This document shows, in pieces, positions 62,700 to 64,000 of a stretch of 64,000 nucleotides of DNA. The DNA is taken from positions 1 through 64,000 of the forward strand of contig CAWAWS010000024.1 in assembly GCA_963785725.1 (NCBI GenBank), written 5' to 3'. The number at the start of each line of letters is the position of its first letter. Position 1 is the first letter of the stretch. The translations under genes and the position numbers were made by a program. Source of the stretch: an uncultured delta proteobacterium (lineage in GTDB: Bacteria; Myxococcota_A; Polyangia; Palsa-1104). The notes under the pieces are model-generated. The model made no database searches and had not been told where the DNA came from. It was given only the letters and a program-made list of their open reading frames with translations.

Positions 62700-63112
62700 T
62701 GGCAGTCGCCTACGGCCCGCGCCGCTTCAACGCGCTCACCGCGTTCATGCTCTTGTGCGCTCTGGCCGCGGCCTATTGGGTTTGGCGCTTTTTCCCCGCC
62801 TATTTCGATGCCTGGACGGTCGATCACGCGCTGCACGAGGCGGCCTCGACGAGCTACAAAGTGGCGCGCTTGCCGGAGCCGACGCGGTCGCAGCAGCTCA
62901 AGCTCATCGTCGAGCTGGCGCGCGAGAACATCGTCAAGAAGGCCAACGTCACCGATCCCGATTTGTACGTGGGCATGAACCTCGACGGCGATATCGTGAC
63001 GGTGAGCGCGGAGTACAGCGTCGTCGTCGAGCATCCGTACATCAATAAGCGGACGACGCTGCATTTTCATCGCGCCGAGTCGACGAACATAAAACGCGTG
63101 GACTGGGAATGA
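62699..63112 (+). CDS. Hypothetical protein with single N-terminal TM (pilin/TadE-like topology)
   Basis: N-terminal hydrophobic helix, alpha-beta body; coupled to both neighbours. Confidence 0.65.
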   Translation: MAVAYGPRRFNALTAFMLLCALAAAYWVWRFFPAYFDAWTVDHALHEAASTSYKVARLPEPTRSQQLKLIVELARENIVKKANVTDPDLYVGMNLDGDIVTVSAEYSVVVEHPYINKRTTLHFHRAESTNIKRVDWE

Positions 63113-64000
63113 GCCCCGACGACGCGACCCACAGCGGCAAGCCGAGGTCGCGTCCGGGCAGCTCGTCGTGGCGCGCCTGCGCCTTCGTGTGCGGCTTGAC
63201 CGTCGCCAACACGGCCGGCGCGGCGCCGCTGCAGGTCGTCGTCGTCAAGCGCGCCGGCGTCATGGCCTACGAAGAGGTCGCCGAGGAGTTCGGCGATCGT
63301 TGCCGCGTCCACGTGCGGGTGGTCAGCTTCGGCGACGAAGGGCTGCACGGCGCGCGCTTCGGCGCCGACGAGCTCGTCGTCACCGTCGGGCAAGAGGCGC
63401 TCGACGCCGTGCGCGGCCAAAGAGCGCGCATCATTCCCACGTTGGCGTTCAATGCGTCGCCCGATCTCGTGGGACCGCCGGCGTCGCCGCATCCCGAATT
63501 GACCTTGAAGCTGCTGGCGCTGGCCAAGCCGGGTCGCATCCACGTCATCGGCGTCGTGTTCGGCAATCGCTCGGCGGCGCTGATCGCGACGGCGGAGCAC
63601 GCGGCCGCTCGGCTCGGTCTTCAGCTCATCGCCAAGCGCGTCGCCGACGGGCCGGAGGCCGTGCGCGCGCTGCACGAGCTGTCGGCGCGCGTCGACGCCC
63701 TGTGGCTGCCCGGCGACTCCGATGTCGTGACGCCGCAGGTGTTCCAGTACGCGCTCAAGCTGCAGCTCGAACGCGGCCTGCCGCTCATCGCGGCCACGCG
63801 CCAGCAGGTGCACTCGGGCGCGCTCATGGCCGCCGACTTCAGCGCGCGCGCGTCCGGCCGCATCGCCGCCGACCTGGCCAATCGCTACTTGGACGGCCTG
63901 TCGGTCGATCCGGCGCAGCTCGACCTGTATTCGGGCGCGCGGCTGACCGTCAACGCCACCGTCGCGCAGCGGCTCGGCGCCGACCTGCCGGCGCTGTCAC
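63109..64000 (+). CDS. ABC-type substrate-binding-like protein, 3'-truncated by window edge
   Basis: Open frame from ATG 63109 (not in the ORF track): VVTVGQEA, IGVVF, VDALWLPGDSDVV, GALMA, LTVNATVAQRLG. Confidence 0.75.
   Translation, partial: MSPDDATHSGKPRSRPGSSSWRACAFVCGLTVANTAGAAPLQVVVVKRAGVMAYEEVAEEFGDRCRVHVRVVSFGDEGLHGARFGADELVVTVGQEALDAVRGQRARIIPTLAFNASPDLVGPPASPHPELTLKLLALAKPGRIHVIGVVFGNRSAALIATAEHAAARLGLQLIAKRVADGPEAVRALHELSARVDALWLPGDSDVVTPQVFQYALKLQLERGLPLIAATRQQVHSGALMAADFSARASGRIAADLANRYLDGLSVDPAQLDLYSGARLTVNATVAQRLGADLPALS

Overview
This is a very GC-rich, gene-dense bacterial window, most likely from a Myxococcota (Polyangia-like) genome. The inference rests on a MYXO-CTERM-like tail, PEGA-linked Ser/Thr kinases, Cys-rich lipoproteins and many sigma-54 promoter motifs. 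I found no rRNA, tRNA, CRISPR array, transposase or integrase. Main contents: (1) a coenzyme F420 biosynthesis locus (cofE-cofD-cofC convergent on a PPOX-class F420 enzyme-cofG-cofH unit), with many frameshifts in the first ~4.3 kb that look like sequencing errors; (2) a Cys-motif-free, Irr-like Fur-family gene plus ahpC-ahpD, with three ICE-like palindromes; (3) a sigma-54 two-component system beside two divergent sigma-54 promoters driving a small ORF and a ceramide-glucosyltransferase-like + START pair; (4) a WYL regulator-EVE pair with its own palindromic boxes; (5) the most striking locus: two tandem envelope proteins with the full ligand set of PHM/dopamine beta-monooxygenase-type dicopper enzymes, one fused to a c-type heme motif and TPRs, next to a redoxin lipoprotein; (6) a kinase-PEGA-lipoprotein operon divergent from two paralogous XRE regulators with related palindromes. 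Also present are a His-brace monooxygenase-like surface protein, a metallothionein-like peptide, a P460-family cytochrome with Arg at the cross-link position, a pseudokinase and many apparently leaderless genes. All assignments come from reading motifs by eye; no searches were run.
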